From assembly GCF_009914755.1 (NCBI RefSeq), contig NC_060939.1: DNA of 64,000 bases. The stretch is one strand, 5' to 3'. This stretch comes from the human T2T-CHM13v2.0 reference genome, Homo sapiens. Below are positions 16,333 through 34,343 of this stretch, piece after piece. The translations under genes and the position numbers were made by a program. Every line of letters begins with the position of its first letter. Position 1 is the first letter of the stretch. Below the pieces are notes generated by a model, which saw nothing but the letters and a program-made list of their open reading frames with translations, made no database searches and was not told where the DNA came from.

Positions 16333-18552
16333 GAATGTCAGGTATTTTGCATGATGTATCACAATATGTATCTAAATAGTTTCTCATAATTTGACTAGGG
16401 TTATGGATTAATTTAGACATTTACATTTATCTAACCTTGAAGACAAGAAAAGCTGGATATTATATTACTTAGATAAACAAACGTAATAAAAAAGGGGAAA
16501 TAAGAGAATGCAAAATAGGTAATTCAAAATAATAGTAGCCTTCACCAGGGTAAGGAAGAAAGTAGAATTTGGGAAATACATTTGTGCGCATTGGTAACAT
16601 TAATAGTGTTCTGTTTATTGAGCTCCACAGTGAATTATAAAAAAGGGTAAGAATCTTTTTTAAATTTTGGAAGTGTTTTGGGCTTACAGAGCAGTTAGAA
16701 AGTGAATACAGAGACTTTACAAACACCCAACCCAGTTTTTTCTGATTATTAATCTCATACATTATTGTGGCACCTTTGTCACAATTAATAAACCAATATT
16801 ACACATTTATCCCTCACTAATATCCACAGTTTATTCAGAATTCCTTAGTTTTTCACTTAATGTCCATTTCTGTTCCAGGTTCCCATCTGGGATCCCACAT
16901 CACATTGAGATATCCTCTCTCCTTAGGCTCCTTTTTCCTGTGCCAGTTTCTCAAGACTTTCTTTGTTTTTGATAACCTCATTGCCCTTAATCTGGGACGT
17001 CTCTGTTGCTTTTCTCATGATTAGCCTGGATGGGTGGGTTTTGGCACGGAGGACCACAGAGGGAAAGTGCCATTCTCATTACAGTACTCTTAAGTGTGTA
17101 TCCTTTCAATGAGCTTTGTCACTGTTAATGTTAATTTTATTATCTGGATGTTGTAGTTTTGGTCAGGTTTCTTTCTTGTAAAATTAATCATTTTTCCTCT
17201 TTCAGAGTTGTGCTTTTCAAAAGTCATTGTGCACAGCACACACTTAAGAAACAGAGAAACTTGCACTACCTCCTAATAGGCAGAGCCTCTATAAATATCA
17301 TTTGTATTTCTTCACTGTGGTCAATTTATCTATTTTCCTCAATTTAGTATTTATTTATTTATTCAATATTTTACTTTTATGGATTGTTACATTAAATCGT
17401 GATATTTTTCTTACCGTATACCTACTTTATTTATTCCAGCGCTCATTTTTTTTAAGTTTTGGCCACTGAAAGGTCTTTTAGTTGGTTCCTGTATGACTTT
17501 GAAAAAGTTCCATCATTGCAATTCAATTTTGTTTGTCTGGTTTGTTGGTTGATTGTTTGTGTTGCTGCTTAGATTTTTCTTACTTTCTGGTAATACAAGG
17601 TGCTCCAGGTTAATTGTGGTGATTCCCTGCCCAAGTCTGGTATTAACCATTTATTTAGGGCATCTTAGCTCCTTTTTTGGTGAATGGTATTAGCAACAAA
17701 GATCTCGTCCATGGGTATACGTATTTCTACTAAGAATCTACTGATTTGAAGCTTTATCACTTGACAGCAAATAATATGGTTTTGTCAGCTGATAGCAAAG
17801 AATATGTATGTTTATACTAACTTACACATATGTATATATGTGTAAATATTTCCATACTTATCCACATTTATCTATATAAAGTTAAACCTGAATTTCTACT
17901 GTCCCTGGGTTCACATCAGTGGAATCCAGGAAAACATGAATCTGTAATATCTCCCCTTTCCCAGTACTTTACCTAACCTCTCACTCTAACTGAGGAAGTT
18001 GGCCTCCTTTAGTTAATTATTGAGTCTCAAAATACATGCATAGTGGTTACAGAATTGGTCATCTCTACTCCCATGGGAAATAAATTTAATAACTGAAGTA
18101 CAGTGCTTTTATTCAAATCCTTTGGCCATTAGGCTTAGAATCTATCTTTACTGACTAAGTTTCTAAAAGGAGTCAGTCCCCTTTTAGTCTACACATTGCA
18201 GTGAAGTTATTTCTTATACTGTTAGATTATTTTGTCTGAATTGCTCCCTGGGGTCTCCAAACATACTAAGTAATGTGTAATGCCTTATTTAATGATGATT
18301 CAATGTATGCATTTAGGTTTACTCTTTGTGATATTAAGTTCTATATGATTTGAAAAACGATTATTAACACATCCTTATAGTATCATAGAGAAGAATTTGG
18401 CTTCACAAAATCTTCCCCATTTCCCCTATTTATTGAGCCTTCTTCTGTTCCAAGCTCCTCATACCCACTAATCTTTTTCATTTGCTATAATTTTACCTTT
18501 TCACAATGTCGTATAAATGGAATTACACAGTAAATAGTTTTTTCAAACTAGC

Positions 18553-18864
<312 letters not shown>

Positions 18865-18915
18865 CAAACTAGCTTTTTTCAATGATGAATATGCCCTTAA
18901 GATTTGTGAAGTGTG

Positions 18916-19228
18916 GACAGACACGGTGGTTCATACCTGTAATCGCAGCACTTTGAGAGGCTGAGGTAAGAGAGTTGCTTGAAGCCAGGATTTTTAGACC
19001 AGCCTGGGCAACAAGGTGACAGCCTGCCTCTAAAATTAAAAAAAATAATAATAAGCTGGGTGTGGTGGCCTATGCCTGTAGTCCTAGCTACTTGGGAGGC
19101 CGAGGTAGGAAGATCCCTGGAGCCCAGGAGTTCAAGCTTACAGTGAACTGTGATTACACCACTACACTCCAAACTGGGCTACAGAGCCGGGAGACCAAGA
19201 GACCCCGACCAAAAAAAAAAAAAAAAAT
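18916..19228 (+). mobile_element. AluJ
   Basis: Diverged dimer with A tail. Confidence 0.9.
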
Positions 19229-19287
19229 TATAAAGCATGTCTCATGATGGTTTAGATTTGCATTTCACTATGGACTAAAAGTGCTAA

Positions 19288-19647
<360 letters not shown>

Positions 19648-21576
19648 CACTTTTCATTATTATATTCGTCTTTTTATTTTTGAGTTGTATGAGTGATCCG
19701 TATTTTCTGGATAATAGTCCTCTATCAGCTCTGTGATTTGGAAATATTTTCTTACTTTCTTGGATTGTCTCAGTGGTGTATTTTGAGTCACAAAAGTTAA
19801 TTCTGATGAAGTCTGTTTCATCCAGTGTTTTCTTTTGTCACTTGTATTTTGGTGTCGTATTTTGGAATTGATTGTTTCACCTAAGGTGAAGCTGTTTCTT
19901 TTTTGGGATTTTTAGTTTTAGCATTTATATTCAGGTCGATGTTTGATTTTGAGTCAACGACATATATGGTATAAGACAGTTCAGTTTGCATGTGGATACC
20001 ACTTGTCCCAGAAAATTCGTTGCAAAAACTATTTTTTCATATTGAATTGTCTTGGCAAGCTTTTAAAATCAGTTTACCATGTATGTAAAGGTTAATTTGG
20101 GGCACTCAACTCAATTCCATTAACACATATGTCAGTCCTCATATTGGTACTACAATGTCTTGATTACTATCAGTTTGCAGTACATTTTGAAATTTGGAAG
20201 TGTGACTGCAATATTCCAAAATTGTTTTTTCAAGATTGTTTTGTCTCTTCTGGAGTACTTCGATTTCCATAGGAATTTTAGAATCAGCTTGCCAGTTACT
20301 GCAAAAATATGGAAAAAAGGTTTCTGGGTTTCATTTTTGGATTAATTGTTAGTACATAGAAATATAGTTGATTTCAAAGTTTACTTTGTGTACTGCAATG
20401 TTACTGAACTCTTTTATGGTTATATTCTTATTTTAGTGGATATGTCAGGATTTTCTATACATGAGATCCTGTCATTTGCAAATATAAACAGTTTGATTTC
20501 TTGATTTACAATCTAGGTATCTTTTATTTATTTTCTAGCCTAATTACCCTGGCTACCTCCTTCTGTACAATATTGAATAGAAGTGGCAAAAGTGGTATTA
20601 AGTTCTGTATGATTTGAAAAATGATTATTTTTTGTCACATTTCTAATCTTGGGGAAATTACTGAGACTTTCATGATAGGTTATATTATGTGAGCTTTTAA
20701 TGGATGCCATTTCTAGGCTGAGAAAGTTCCCTTCTATCCCTAATTTGTTCAGAGTTTTTATCATGAATAGGTTTTGGGTTTATCAAGTGCTTATTCTGTA
20801 TCTTTTGCAATAATCATTTGGATTTTGTCCTTCATCTTATTAATACAATGTCTTACACCAATTGCTTTTGTATGTTTAACCGAACTGACATTCCAGTGAT
20901 AAATATCCTTGGTCATAGTGTATAATCCTTTTCATATGTTGCTGATATGTTTTGGTAGTATTTCTTTGAGAATTTTTGCCTCTGTTTCATGAGGCATATT
21001 GGTCTGTAATTTTCCTATCCTGAAATATATTTGTCCCATTGCGGTATCAGGATAACTGCCCTCATAGAATAGATTGGTAAATTTTGTCTTCTCTTTTTTT
21101 TTTCTTTGAGGAAGAGTTAGTAAAGGATTGTTATTCATTCTTAACAGGTTTAGAGTAATTCACCCGTCATTTTGCCCTAGACAAGAATTGAATTCTAACA
21201 ACAATTACATGAGCTTGGAAGGTGACCTTCCCTAGGCAAGCCTTCAGTTGTAACCTCAGCCTGAGTCATGTGACCCTGAAAAACCATGGGTAACACATTT
21301 ATGAGGTTCTGAGTCACTAAGGTTTGAGGTAACTTGTTATGCAGTAATAAATAACTAATATACGTGGGAGTAACTGCAGTGTGTTATATTAGATTAGATC
21401 ATGCAATAGAAAAAAGATATTAGTGAAAACCTAATACAACACGAAGAATGCCTGTATTTCAGTTACTAGTTTTGTACCACCAGTTTTCTGAGTTTTCATA
21501 CACATACTGTGGCTATGTAAGGTATAAACATTACAGGAGGCTGAAAGGTATATGAAACACTCTGTACTATCATTGC

Positions 21577-21894
21577 ATTTTTCTTTCTTTTTTTTTTTTT
21601 TTTGAGACAGAGCCTCACTCTGTCACCTGGGCTGGAGTGCCATTGCGTGATCTCAGCTTACTGCAACCTCCGCCTCCAGGGTTCAAGTGATTCTTCTGCC
21701 TTAGCCTCCCGAGTAGCTGAGGTTACAGGCACACACCACCACGCCAGGCTAATTTTTTTTTTTTTTGTATTTTTAGCAGAGAACGGGTTTCACCATGTTC
21801 GCCAGGCTGGTCCCAAACTCCTGACCTCAAGTGATCCGTGCGCCTTGGCCTGCCAAAGTGCTGAGATTACAGGTGTGAGCCACCACACCTGGCC
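21577..21894 (-). mobile_element. AluSx-like
   Basis: Full dimer, TSD tatcattgcatttt/tatctttgcatttt. Confidence 0.95.
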
Positions 21895-22385
21895 TATCTT
21901 TGCATTTTTCTATACATCTAAAATTTTTTCAAAATAAAAACATTTTAAAATGTATTTGTTTGCTCCAAAAAAACAAAACAAAACAAAACAAACAAAAACA
22001 ACAACAACAAAAAAAACCTTTGATCAGAGGATGAACAGAGATGTCGGGAAAGAATGGCAAAGCAGTTTGCCTATTATCCACCATTCCAAACCCAGATGAA
22101 CCTATTTCAAGAAGACTCCCACAATCACTAGGGACTCCCCTCAATTTTCTCCCTTCCTGTAAAACTTCCCATTACACAGTCACCATTTTGTTTGTCACTA
22201 CTTCTTTAAAGATAGTGGCCTGTGCCTCCCATACCTCATAAAGCCCCATTTTCAGACATTGGCAGTGTATCTGTTGGATCCACTAAAGACTTTTTAAAAG
22301 ACATGGCTTCCATTCGTTAGAAGCTATCATAATATTGAGAAATATACGGGGAACATATATCACAATTCTGCATTCAAGGGTATAA

Positions 22386-22751
<366 letters not shown>

Positions 22752-23059
22752 TAGTACAGGGATTCCTTTTTCAAGTTTTAAAAGAGAACTGTATCTTCAA
22801 GCCTTTGAGAAACACCTTGGTTAATTAATCTTTTTCTTCTACAAACCCAATCATGAATTCTTTGGGACCATGCACTCCACTGACACTTAACCTTATGGAT
22901 TTATATTGAACATTGCCAAGTCCAAAAGCCACAGATTAAATATCATAGTGGTAGCAGGTGCGTAGGGCACACACATAACAACAATAACAACAACAGGCTT
23001 TAATAAACATGGGGCTTTAGGCCAGCCTCTGTTTATACAGATCAGGAAAAGAAACCTTT

Positions 23060-23360
23060 GGCCAGCTGTGGTGTCTCATGCCTGTAATCCCAGCACTTTG
23101 GGAGGCCCAGGCAGGAGGATCACTTAAGCTCCAGAGTTCAAGACCAGCCTGGGCAACATAGCGAGACCCCATCTCTACTAAAAATACCAAAAAAATAGCT
23201 TGGTGTCGTGGTATGCACCTGTGGTCCCAGCTACTCAGGATACTGAGGTGGGAGGATCACTTGAGCCCAGGGGACGGGGGCTGCAGTGAGCCAAGATCGT
23301 GCCACTGCATTCCAGCCTGGGTGACAGGTGAGACCTTGTCTCAAAACAAGAAAATAAAAA
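23060..23360 (+). mobile_element. AluJ
   Basis: J-type ggaggatcacttgagcccagg. Confidence 0.9.
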
Positions 23361-24644
23361 GGGAAAGAAACTTTAAAAACCAGGTCCACTCATGCCATGC
23401 ACAGCTCCCTGTTCACAGATCTCAGCACTCTGCTGGGTAGCCCCAGGCCTGTGCGCAGGAACCATGCATACAAAGCGTACAAAGCCATAGGAGTACATAC
23501 TGCACTCCCACAGAAATCCACAAGGTCAAGGCTCTTGCTTCTATTGTCCATAATCTGGAGAATATTCTCCATGCTGCAGTTATAGCTTCAATGAGAAAAT
23601 GAGCTTCTGCAGCCTGCAGACCTGGAGTGAGAAGATACAGCTGACCTGGGCCACATATCTCACCACTGAGGTCAGGATAGCAGATATTTAGGTGCTGTTA
23701 AAATGGACATTTGTATTTCAATAATCCTTCTCACTCTTCCATGCTTATATTTTGCTCCATGAATAAGGATAATTTCCTTTAAATTGATAATCTTAAAACA
23801 AGGAGAGTTATTCTGTTAATTGTAACAGGAGTTCCTATAAGCTAAGTGACTTGTAAAATGCATTTCCTCTTCATTTTTATGTATACATTATAGTCTATTA
23901 TGATGTTGTATACTGTGAATAACATCCCTCACCAAAATCTTCAGGGGACAAAAAAGTAGAATGGCAGACCATAAAGGAGACCCAAGAGGATATGGACAAG
24001 GAGTGATCCATCCCAAAATGGCAAGAGTGACAATGAGCTCTGTGTGCTGAGTTAAAAAAAAATAAATTTCAGACACAAAACTGTGCTAATATGATGTCAC
24101 TGGCACAGACAGCACAATGCTGAGGACTGAGTTCCCAAACATGACTGATAGCCTGGAAGATGTGATTTCTCACAACCTGTTTAACAGCTTGTTACCAGAT
24201 TTCACTTAGGCTGCCCTGCCTACAAGAACTCTTAGAAAGATGCCATTGAAAAGGTCTAAAGTCTTAGATGTCATCAGGAGCCAACACTGTCTCCACCCTC
24301 TATTCTGAATAGAAAAGAGTGTTCAGTGGATGCATAGCTTCTGTTTCTGAGATCAAGGCTTGTTGTTAACTTAATCGAGCCTTCCTAGAATTTGAAAATT
24401 TTAGTGCCAATAAACCCAGCATCCTAAATTATAAATTATATGAATTTCTTCTTCATTAAACATACTCTTTAGGCAACACCAAAGCCCATTTCATTTCTAA
24501 GTACCTGAAAGTAAAGTTGACCAGAGGAACAAGTGGTCAGAGAAGAACATTTTGTGAAAACTACAATGCATCTGCATCTGCAGTGACTATTCATAAAGTT
24601 GTTATTGGTGTGAGCATCATTCATGTGATTAGAAAGATGAATGG

Positions 24645-25379
<735 letters not shown>

Positions 25380-25609
25380 AATGGAAAATATAAATATATA
25401 ATCATTCTGGATTGAAGAATTAGATTTGCAGTGCAGCTGATTGAGAATATTACATTATGATTAAGGCATACATTTCCAAGATACAGATTTTTCTGTCTTC
25501 AGAGAATTTCACTCAAGTGAAAACTTTGAAGTAACTCTTTACTATTTCTATCTTCCTTCTCAATGAACATTATGAACCATAGTCTACAAAGTTACCTTTC
25601 CACTTATGA

Positions 25610-26829
<1,220 letters not shown>

Positions 26830-28599
26830 ACATTTAAAAGAGAAATTCCGGTAGTTCGCTAAAAGCTCTAATATCTCCAGTATCTAGGCAGAAGGTAAAT
26901 ACAGTTGGGCAAGTTAAATAAACCTATATTGAAACATATTCCTTCGATAATAGACCAGAATACAACAGGTCAGCAGTGACATTACACTGATAAATGTGTA
27001 GTCACAGAGAAAAAGGGTATATTATGTTGATCCTACGGTAGGTATTTTCACATATTTCAGATATAAATGCATCTTAAAATAGACATTGTAGAAATACTCT
27101 TGGTCAGAGGCAGCAGTGATGTGATTGTCCTCGTGGGCACATACATCTCTGCAAATAGCCCATTCTCTTAACCACTGTGGTATTGTGTAATGAAGACATA
27201 GAAGAGTGAAAAGCTGTGTGCCTTGCACCTACACCAGTATTCCAAGCTGTGCCTTGAATGAAGCAGAGAGCATAGAACTTTATAACATTGCTGTTGATAC
27301 TTATGTTTCTAGTGTTCTGCTGCATCTTAAACAATCCCCCAACACCACCCCATGTGTCACTTAGTATCATCTCAGCAAGTTTCTTTCAATCTCATGCCCC
27401 CTTATTTTCTTTCTCTGCTTTACGAAGCCGGAGGAACTTTCTACTCCAGCAGCAACAGGGAGCAGATCAGGAGCCTGTATAGACATCCCTGCATGGCTTT
27501 TGCACAAGTACAGACTGCCCAGTGACTGTGGTCACCTCCTCCAGACCATCCCATTAAGCATGGGAACACAGAAGGTACAGCTGAGTTCAGAGCCTCTCTT
27601 TTGGATCTGCCTGTCTAGCAGCTACCCTTTGGGGACCATGCGGGAATTCAGCTGTTTTGTACAAAGATCGAGTTAGTTCAGCAGTCATTCTTCTTACTGA
27701 ACAATGATACAATGCCCACAAACCTTGCTTGTAATAATTTCTTCTTGGTTTTTGTTTTGGCATGCAAATGCTTTTAACATTTGTGTATAAATTTATTTTT
27801 TGGCATCATCTACAACCCAAATGTGTGTTTTTGTATTGTGTATTAATGCCTTTCATCCTACCTTTAACAATGCATTTACAATCATTTTTCAGCATACCTT
27901 TTCAATTATTTTCTTCTTTTCATTCATTACTCTTTATTAAATGGGAATATCACTTTTATTAGGAAAGACAGATGTTACGCATTCTCTCTTTTATCGTTTT
28001 CTGGAAATGTTCTCTAAAATACCTCTAGTTGGAAAGAAGAGGAACAAAGATTTTTCTGGAAACCACAAGACAAAATATGCTGAGAACATCATTGTGAATA
28101 AGAGATGTGACTATTGCCATTATATGATTCAGTTTGTCCTGGTTTTTAAAGGTTAAAAATTACTAATTTTTGTAGACAGAGCATTGAGAGATCGATTTTC
28201 TGGACAGGAATTTTGTTAATATGCATGTTTGTTTTTCTCTTACCCCAAAGTTAGAAACATTGGCTGGACTTTCTGATTCATTCCAAGTAGTTCTTCTAAA
28301 AGTATTCATGACATATCTCTGTACAGATGGCTTATAATATAGATTTGTATCATTTTCTTACTCTTTGATAAGTGAATACTAAAAGCATCTTTAGTTTTCA
28401 ATTTTAAAATACCACTCAGAAAATGTGTACATATATGTTAGGCAGCACATATTTTTGTAGAGGATTAAATATATTAGAATACGTAATAGAAATGGTATGG
28501 TAGAAAGGGAGTTGAAACTTAATGTTTATTTTATCAGCTATAAATATTTTTAAAAGTTTCTCGTGTGTGACTTTTAGATGATCAGCACCTTTCGTATTA

Positions 28600-29030
28600 T
28601 TCTTTGACCACTATATGCATGGGGGGTCACAGGAGAACAACACAGAGAAGTTTACATATTTTCTGATGCCTTGGTTCAACGGAGATTCAGAAAATATAAC
28701 CAAAACTAAACTGTAGGTAGAAGAGCTGCCCTTGGGAACTCAGGGGACAGGCATCAGGCCTGGGATGGGATGGACAAGGGAGGCCTCCAGGAGGAGGAGC
28801 ATGGAGGAGATGCTGGAGAGTGAGGAGCAGTGAGTCCAGCAGACAGGGGAGGGGAAGAGAGGAGGAAACAGTGTGTCCATGGCACAGGCCAGGCCATGAG
28901 AAGATGACAGTTGATTGGAAGGATTTCTGGGATGAGTAATACGTGAGAAAGCAGGAGCAGGAAGGGCAGACCATGGAGGGACTAGACAGGGAAGGCAGGG
29001 CCGCTCCCTGAGGACTGCATTCTGTGGGAA
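28600..29030. mobile_element. L2-like fragment
   Basis: gggaggcctccaggaggaggag...ggaaacagtgtgtccatggcacagg resembles L2; paralog at ~45810-46170. Confidence 0.5.
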
Positions 29031-29769
29031 AGAAATGGAATGCCTCAGTTTCTTTTTTGAAATGTTATGCAGTCCATGAGGTATGCTTCTCAGGAAGACG
29101 GAATGAATGAGGATGGCCCCTGCCCACTGGGAGATCCTTGGGCATTACCAGGAGGATTGGATCTCTGGAGGAGGGAGGGTTGAGAGGGGCAGAGAGGACC
29201 CCCAGGCTAGATGACTGGCCAGCTTAGGGACCTTAAATGCTCCAGATCTCCTCTGTGCCTCCATCGCACAGACCTCCCACCGCACCCTAAGTAGAGGTTT
29301 CTCTCCCTTCAGTCATTTTGCAGGTATAAGTGGGATCAGAAAATTCAGTATGACTCACTCACGGCCACCCTTGCCCACATATGGGAGGCTGAAAACAGCC
29401 CAACAGGCAGTGCTGATGAGGGGATTTCAGGTTTTCAAACCTGCTCAGAGAGCTAATCTGAGGCCAGATGTACAGGGGAGGCCAATAAGGGGCCTGAGGT
29501 TCTGGCAAGAGGAAATGAGCGGTGGGTGGTGTGGGCTGCCTTTACAGGACGTTTCTCGGTGGACATTACCATGTTACCCATTTGTGTCTGCATGTCTCCT
29601 CCATGTTCTGTGATATTCTCATACAAACCTAATGATTTTCTTAGACCACGACAGATATTTTAACTTCATTCTTTCTGTCAGATTTGCCTATTTCCATCAC
29701 GTATCTACAATTACCTAAATTTTGTATTGTCAGATTATTGGTAAACCATTTGCATAGTTACCTTTTTAT

Positions 29770-31340
29770 TCACATATAATAATTGTGTATATTTATGGGT
29801 TACAATGTGTTTAGATTTTATCTATGTGTACATTTAATTAAGATTTAATCAAACTTAATGAACATATCCATCGCTTCACCAGTTTATCTTTTTTTTCTGG
29901 TGAAAAGTTAAAAAATCTATTATTTTAGCAATATAAAAATATGCAATACAATTTAATAAACAAATGACATTACCCTGTGATACCATGCTTTTTATCAATT
30001 CTGCAAATTAGTATCTCCTTATTTCAGAGGAGGATCTCTGCTACATGCTCCTAAGCAATTATGTTTTGGGGGAGTGTTATATTTTTCTATTACTTTTCAA
30101 TACTTCTATATTCTGGGAACCATGATGCTATTGACACTTGTTTGAATAATCCAGTAGCTGTAGCTTTTACTTTTACTTTACTCTTTATATAATACTGTTC
30201 ATTTTACTTACTTTGGAATTACTCTTCCTTTTCTAAGTTTGAAAGATGGAAACTCAGATGATTGAATTTAGACCTTTTTTCTCGGATGTATACATTCAAT
30301 GCTATACATTTCCATCTATATGTTGTTTCATTGTATCACACAAATTTCGGTGTTATGTTTTTATTTTTATTTAGTTTTATTTTTATTTAGAAGTATTTTC
30401 TTTTACATTTCTCTTGTGATTTCTTCTTTGACCCTATTTATAACAAGTTTGTTGTTCAGTCCACATGCATTTCAAGATTTTCTAGTTATTTTTCAAGTTA
30501 TCCCTTGATTTCTAGTTTTATGATTCTGTGGTCTGTGAACATACATTTTATGATTTCCATTCCTTTTTATGGTATGTTTTATGGCCAGATTGTGTTCTGT
30601 CTTGGTAAATGTATTCCAGATGAGCTTAAGAAGAATGTGTAGTCTGAATTTGTTTGATGAAGTAGGCTGTAGATGTCATTTCTAACCAGTTGACTGATGT
30701 TGCTGTTGAGTTCAGCTATGTCCTCACTGCAACTCTACCTGCTGGATCTGGCAGTTTCTCATAGAGGGTCTTGAAGTTTCCAAGTGTAATATTGAATTCG
30801 TCTCTTCATCCTTCCATTTCTGTCACATTTTGCCTCATGTAGGTTGATGTTCTATTGTTAGGTGGATACAGTTTAGGGGTTGTTATCTCTTGTTGGAGAC
30901 TTACCCCTTCATCTTAATGTAATGTCAATTTTTGTTCCTAGTAACTTTCCTTATTTTGATGTCTGCTCTATCTGAAATTAATATGGCTAATCTTGCTTTC
31001 TTTGATTACTGTTATCTACTATGCTATTTGCTACATCTATTTACTTTTAATTTACATGTGGCTTTATATTAAAGGCAGATTTTTTTGGAGAAAATATATA
31101 ATTGGTCTTCTTTGTCATCCACTCTGGCAAATCTAATTTAATTTATGCAGTTACACCATTTGCCATTCAGAACGATTATTGATGTAGTTGGATTAATATC
31201 TGCCATATTCATTACTGTTTTCTATTTGTTGCTCGTTTTTTCTTAATTTTTTTCTTCCACTCATTTTCTGCCTGTTGTTGTTTTAGCTGAGCATTTCATA
31301 TGGTTATAGTTTTTCTCCTTTTCATGTAAGTTACATATCA
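29770..31340 (-). mobile_element. L1MA/MB 3' end plus L1M ORF2 fragment
   Basis: aattgtgtatatttatgggttacaatgtg; same arrangement at ~52600-53780. Confidence 0.65.
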
Positions 31341-31788
31341 TGCTATGGTTTGGGTATGGTTAGTTTGGCCCCATGCTATGGTTTGGATACGGTTTGTTTG
31401 GTCTCATGTTGAAATTTGATCCCCAGTGTTGGATGTGAGGCATGATGGGAGGTGTTTTGATCATGGAGAGAGATCCTTCAGTAATGGCTTGGTGCCATTC
31501 TCACAGGATTGAGTGAGTTCCCACCCCTTAGTTCCTGCAAGCACTGGATGTTGAAGAGAGCCTGGCACTTAGCCACCTCTCTCTTGCTTCCTCTCTCAAC
31601 ATGTGATCTCTGCACACATCAGCTCCCCTTTACCTTCTGCTATTGAGTGGAAGCAGCCTGAGGCCCTCAAAAGATGCAGATGCCGGCACCGTGTTTCTTG
31701 CACAGCCTGCAGAATCATAAGGCAAGTAAACCACTTTTCTTTATAAATTACCCAGCCTCAGGTATTTCTTGATAGCAAGATAAAGATG
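31341..31788 (+). mobile_element. MSTB-like solo LTR
   Basis: tgctatggtttgg...ctcatgttgaaatttgatcccc...ataaattacccagcctcaggtatt; 5' 33 bp tandemly duplicated. Confidence 0.85.
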
Positions 31789-31833
31789 TATGATTTTTAC
31801 CTTTTAAGTGGTTTAAGAATTTTTCATGTTTTT

Positions 31834-32158
<325 letters not shown>

Positions 32159-33136
32159 CTATCAGATAATAGTTTCTTGAAAATAACAATTTATGTGATT
32201 ATCTATGCACATGTATATGTATATGTGCAAGTATGCTTACGTATACTGAAAATAAATTACAGTAAGAATCCTAGGCACTGGAGAAGAAAGTAGGATTATT
32301 TTGTTATTGTAAGGTACTCAAACTACCTGCAAAGGATATCGTATAATTTGAAAAGGGGCTTGGATTAGTTTTAAATGTAGTACTGCAAACTTCAGGACAG
32401 CTTATTATGCAAAAGCACCAATCTCTTCCTAGCTGTTGACCAGAGGCTGCACTCAATTCCTTGCCAAATGGCCTTCTCTCCTATGGCAAAATGCTTCATA
32501 AAAGCCACCAAGTGAGTGAGGTTCCTAGCAAGACAGAAATCATAACGCAGTATAATTACCTAAGTGATATCTCATCATTTTTGCAAAATTATATTTTTTC
32601 CAAGTGAATAAAAGTTCTTATTCTTACTCAGCAAAAACACAACAGAATTCAAGGTTATGTAGATGAAGAGATGGGGATCACTGGTAGCCATCTGCCTGCC
32701 ACATCAAGTCCTCTTGAGTCTGCAACAGTTTCTCAGTCTTCAGTTGTGTATCATGACCTTGACCCTTTTGAAAATAGTGGTCAGAAATTTTGTAGAATGT
32801 CCCACAATATGGATTTGTGGGATTTTATTCATGTTTAGACTAGGAGTATTGTTTAAATTGAACACTTGCTTTTATCTAAATTTGAAGACAAGAAAAAATG
32901 AACAATATATACAGTTTAGAAATACAAACATAGAAAGAAAGATAGTAAATAAAATGTAGAGAATGACAAAGAAAGAGTTCACCATAATAGTTCATTGTAA
33001 CAGCTAAGGAAGATGATGACATTAGAGAGATGCCTGCCCCCAGGGGGCATCAAAATATGGTAAGGCTGTTTCTTAAACTTGGTAGTTTCTCTGCCAAGAA
33101 ACTTTTAAAAGTTTCTCTTTTTAAAATTTAAGATTA

Positions 33137-33409
<273 letters not shown>

Positions 33410-34030
33410 TTATATTAGTGTAGGACATTTATCACAATGAACCAGCCAATATTATACATTATCACTAACTACTTCCCATGCTTTATTCATATTTCATTGT
33501 TGCACTTAGTGTCCAGTTTCTATTTCAAGATCCCATCTAGTATACCACATCACAATTAGATATCATGTAGGCTTTTTTGACTGTGACAGTTTCTAGGAGT
33601 TTTTTCATTTTTGATGACATGAGCATTCTTGATTTGGGATTACTTGATGTTTTTCACAAGATTTCGGTGGATTGTGGATTTTGGTGTAGAAGACCACAGA
33701 GAAAAAAAAATGCCATTCTCATTACATGATATCAAGGATATATACTAAAATCACACTTTATCACTGTTGATGTTCATTTGATCACCTGGATGAGATAGTT
33801 GATATGAAATTTCTCCACTATAAATTACCTTTCCTCATTTTCCATGTTGTATGTATCAAAAAAGTTACTAATCACATAAGAAATGAGGAGTCATGCTCCA
33901 TCTCCCAACAGGCAGAATATCTACAAAAATTATTTTTAGTTTTTCACCATTTGTGTGTATATTTTCTTCCATTTATATTTATTAAATCACTTATTTCTGT
34001 AAGTATGCAAATGTGTGTATTTATTTTACA

Positions 34031-34343
34031 CTTTATTTATTTATTTATTTATTTATATATTTTTGAGACAGAGTCTTGCTCTGTTGCCAGGCTGGAGTGC
34101 ATTGACACGATCTTGGCTCACTACAACGTACTCTGCCTCCTGGGTTCAAGCAATTCTTCTGTCTCAGCCTCCCTAGTAGCTTGGATTACAGGCACGTGCC
34201 ACCACGCCCGGCTAATTTTTGTATTTTTAGTAGAGGGTTTCACCATGTTGGCCAGGATGGTCGCGATCTCTTGACCTCGTGATCTACCCACCGTAGCCTC
34301 TCAAAGTGCTGGGATTACAGGCGCAGGCCACCATGCTTGGACT
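34031..34343 (-). mobile_element. AluS
   Basis: Dimer with (TTTA)n tail. Confidence 0.95.

Noticed and set aside
18900-18920. Apparent shared Alu at paralogous sites 18916 and 50368
   Set aside because: Different subfamilies (J versus Sp-like) and insertion points a few bases apart, so independent insertions
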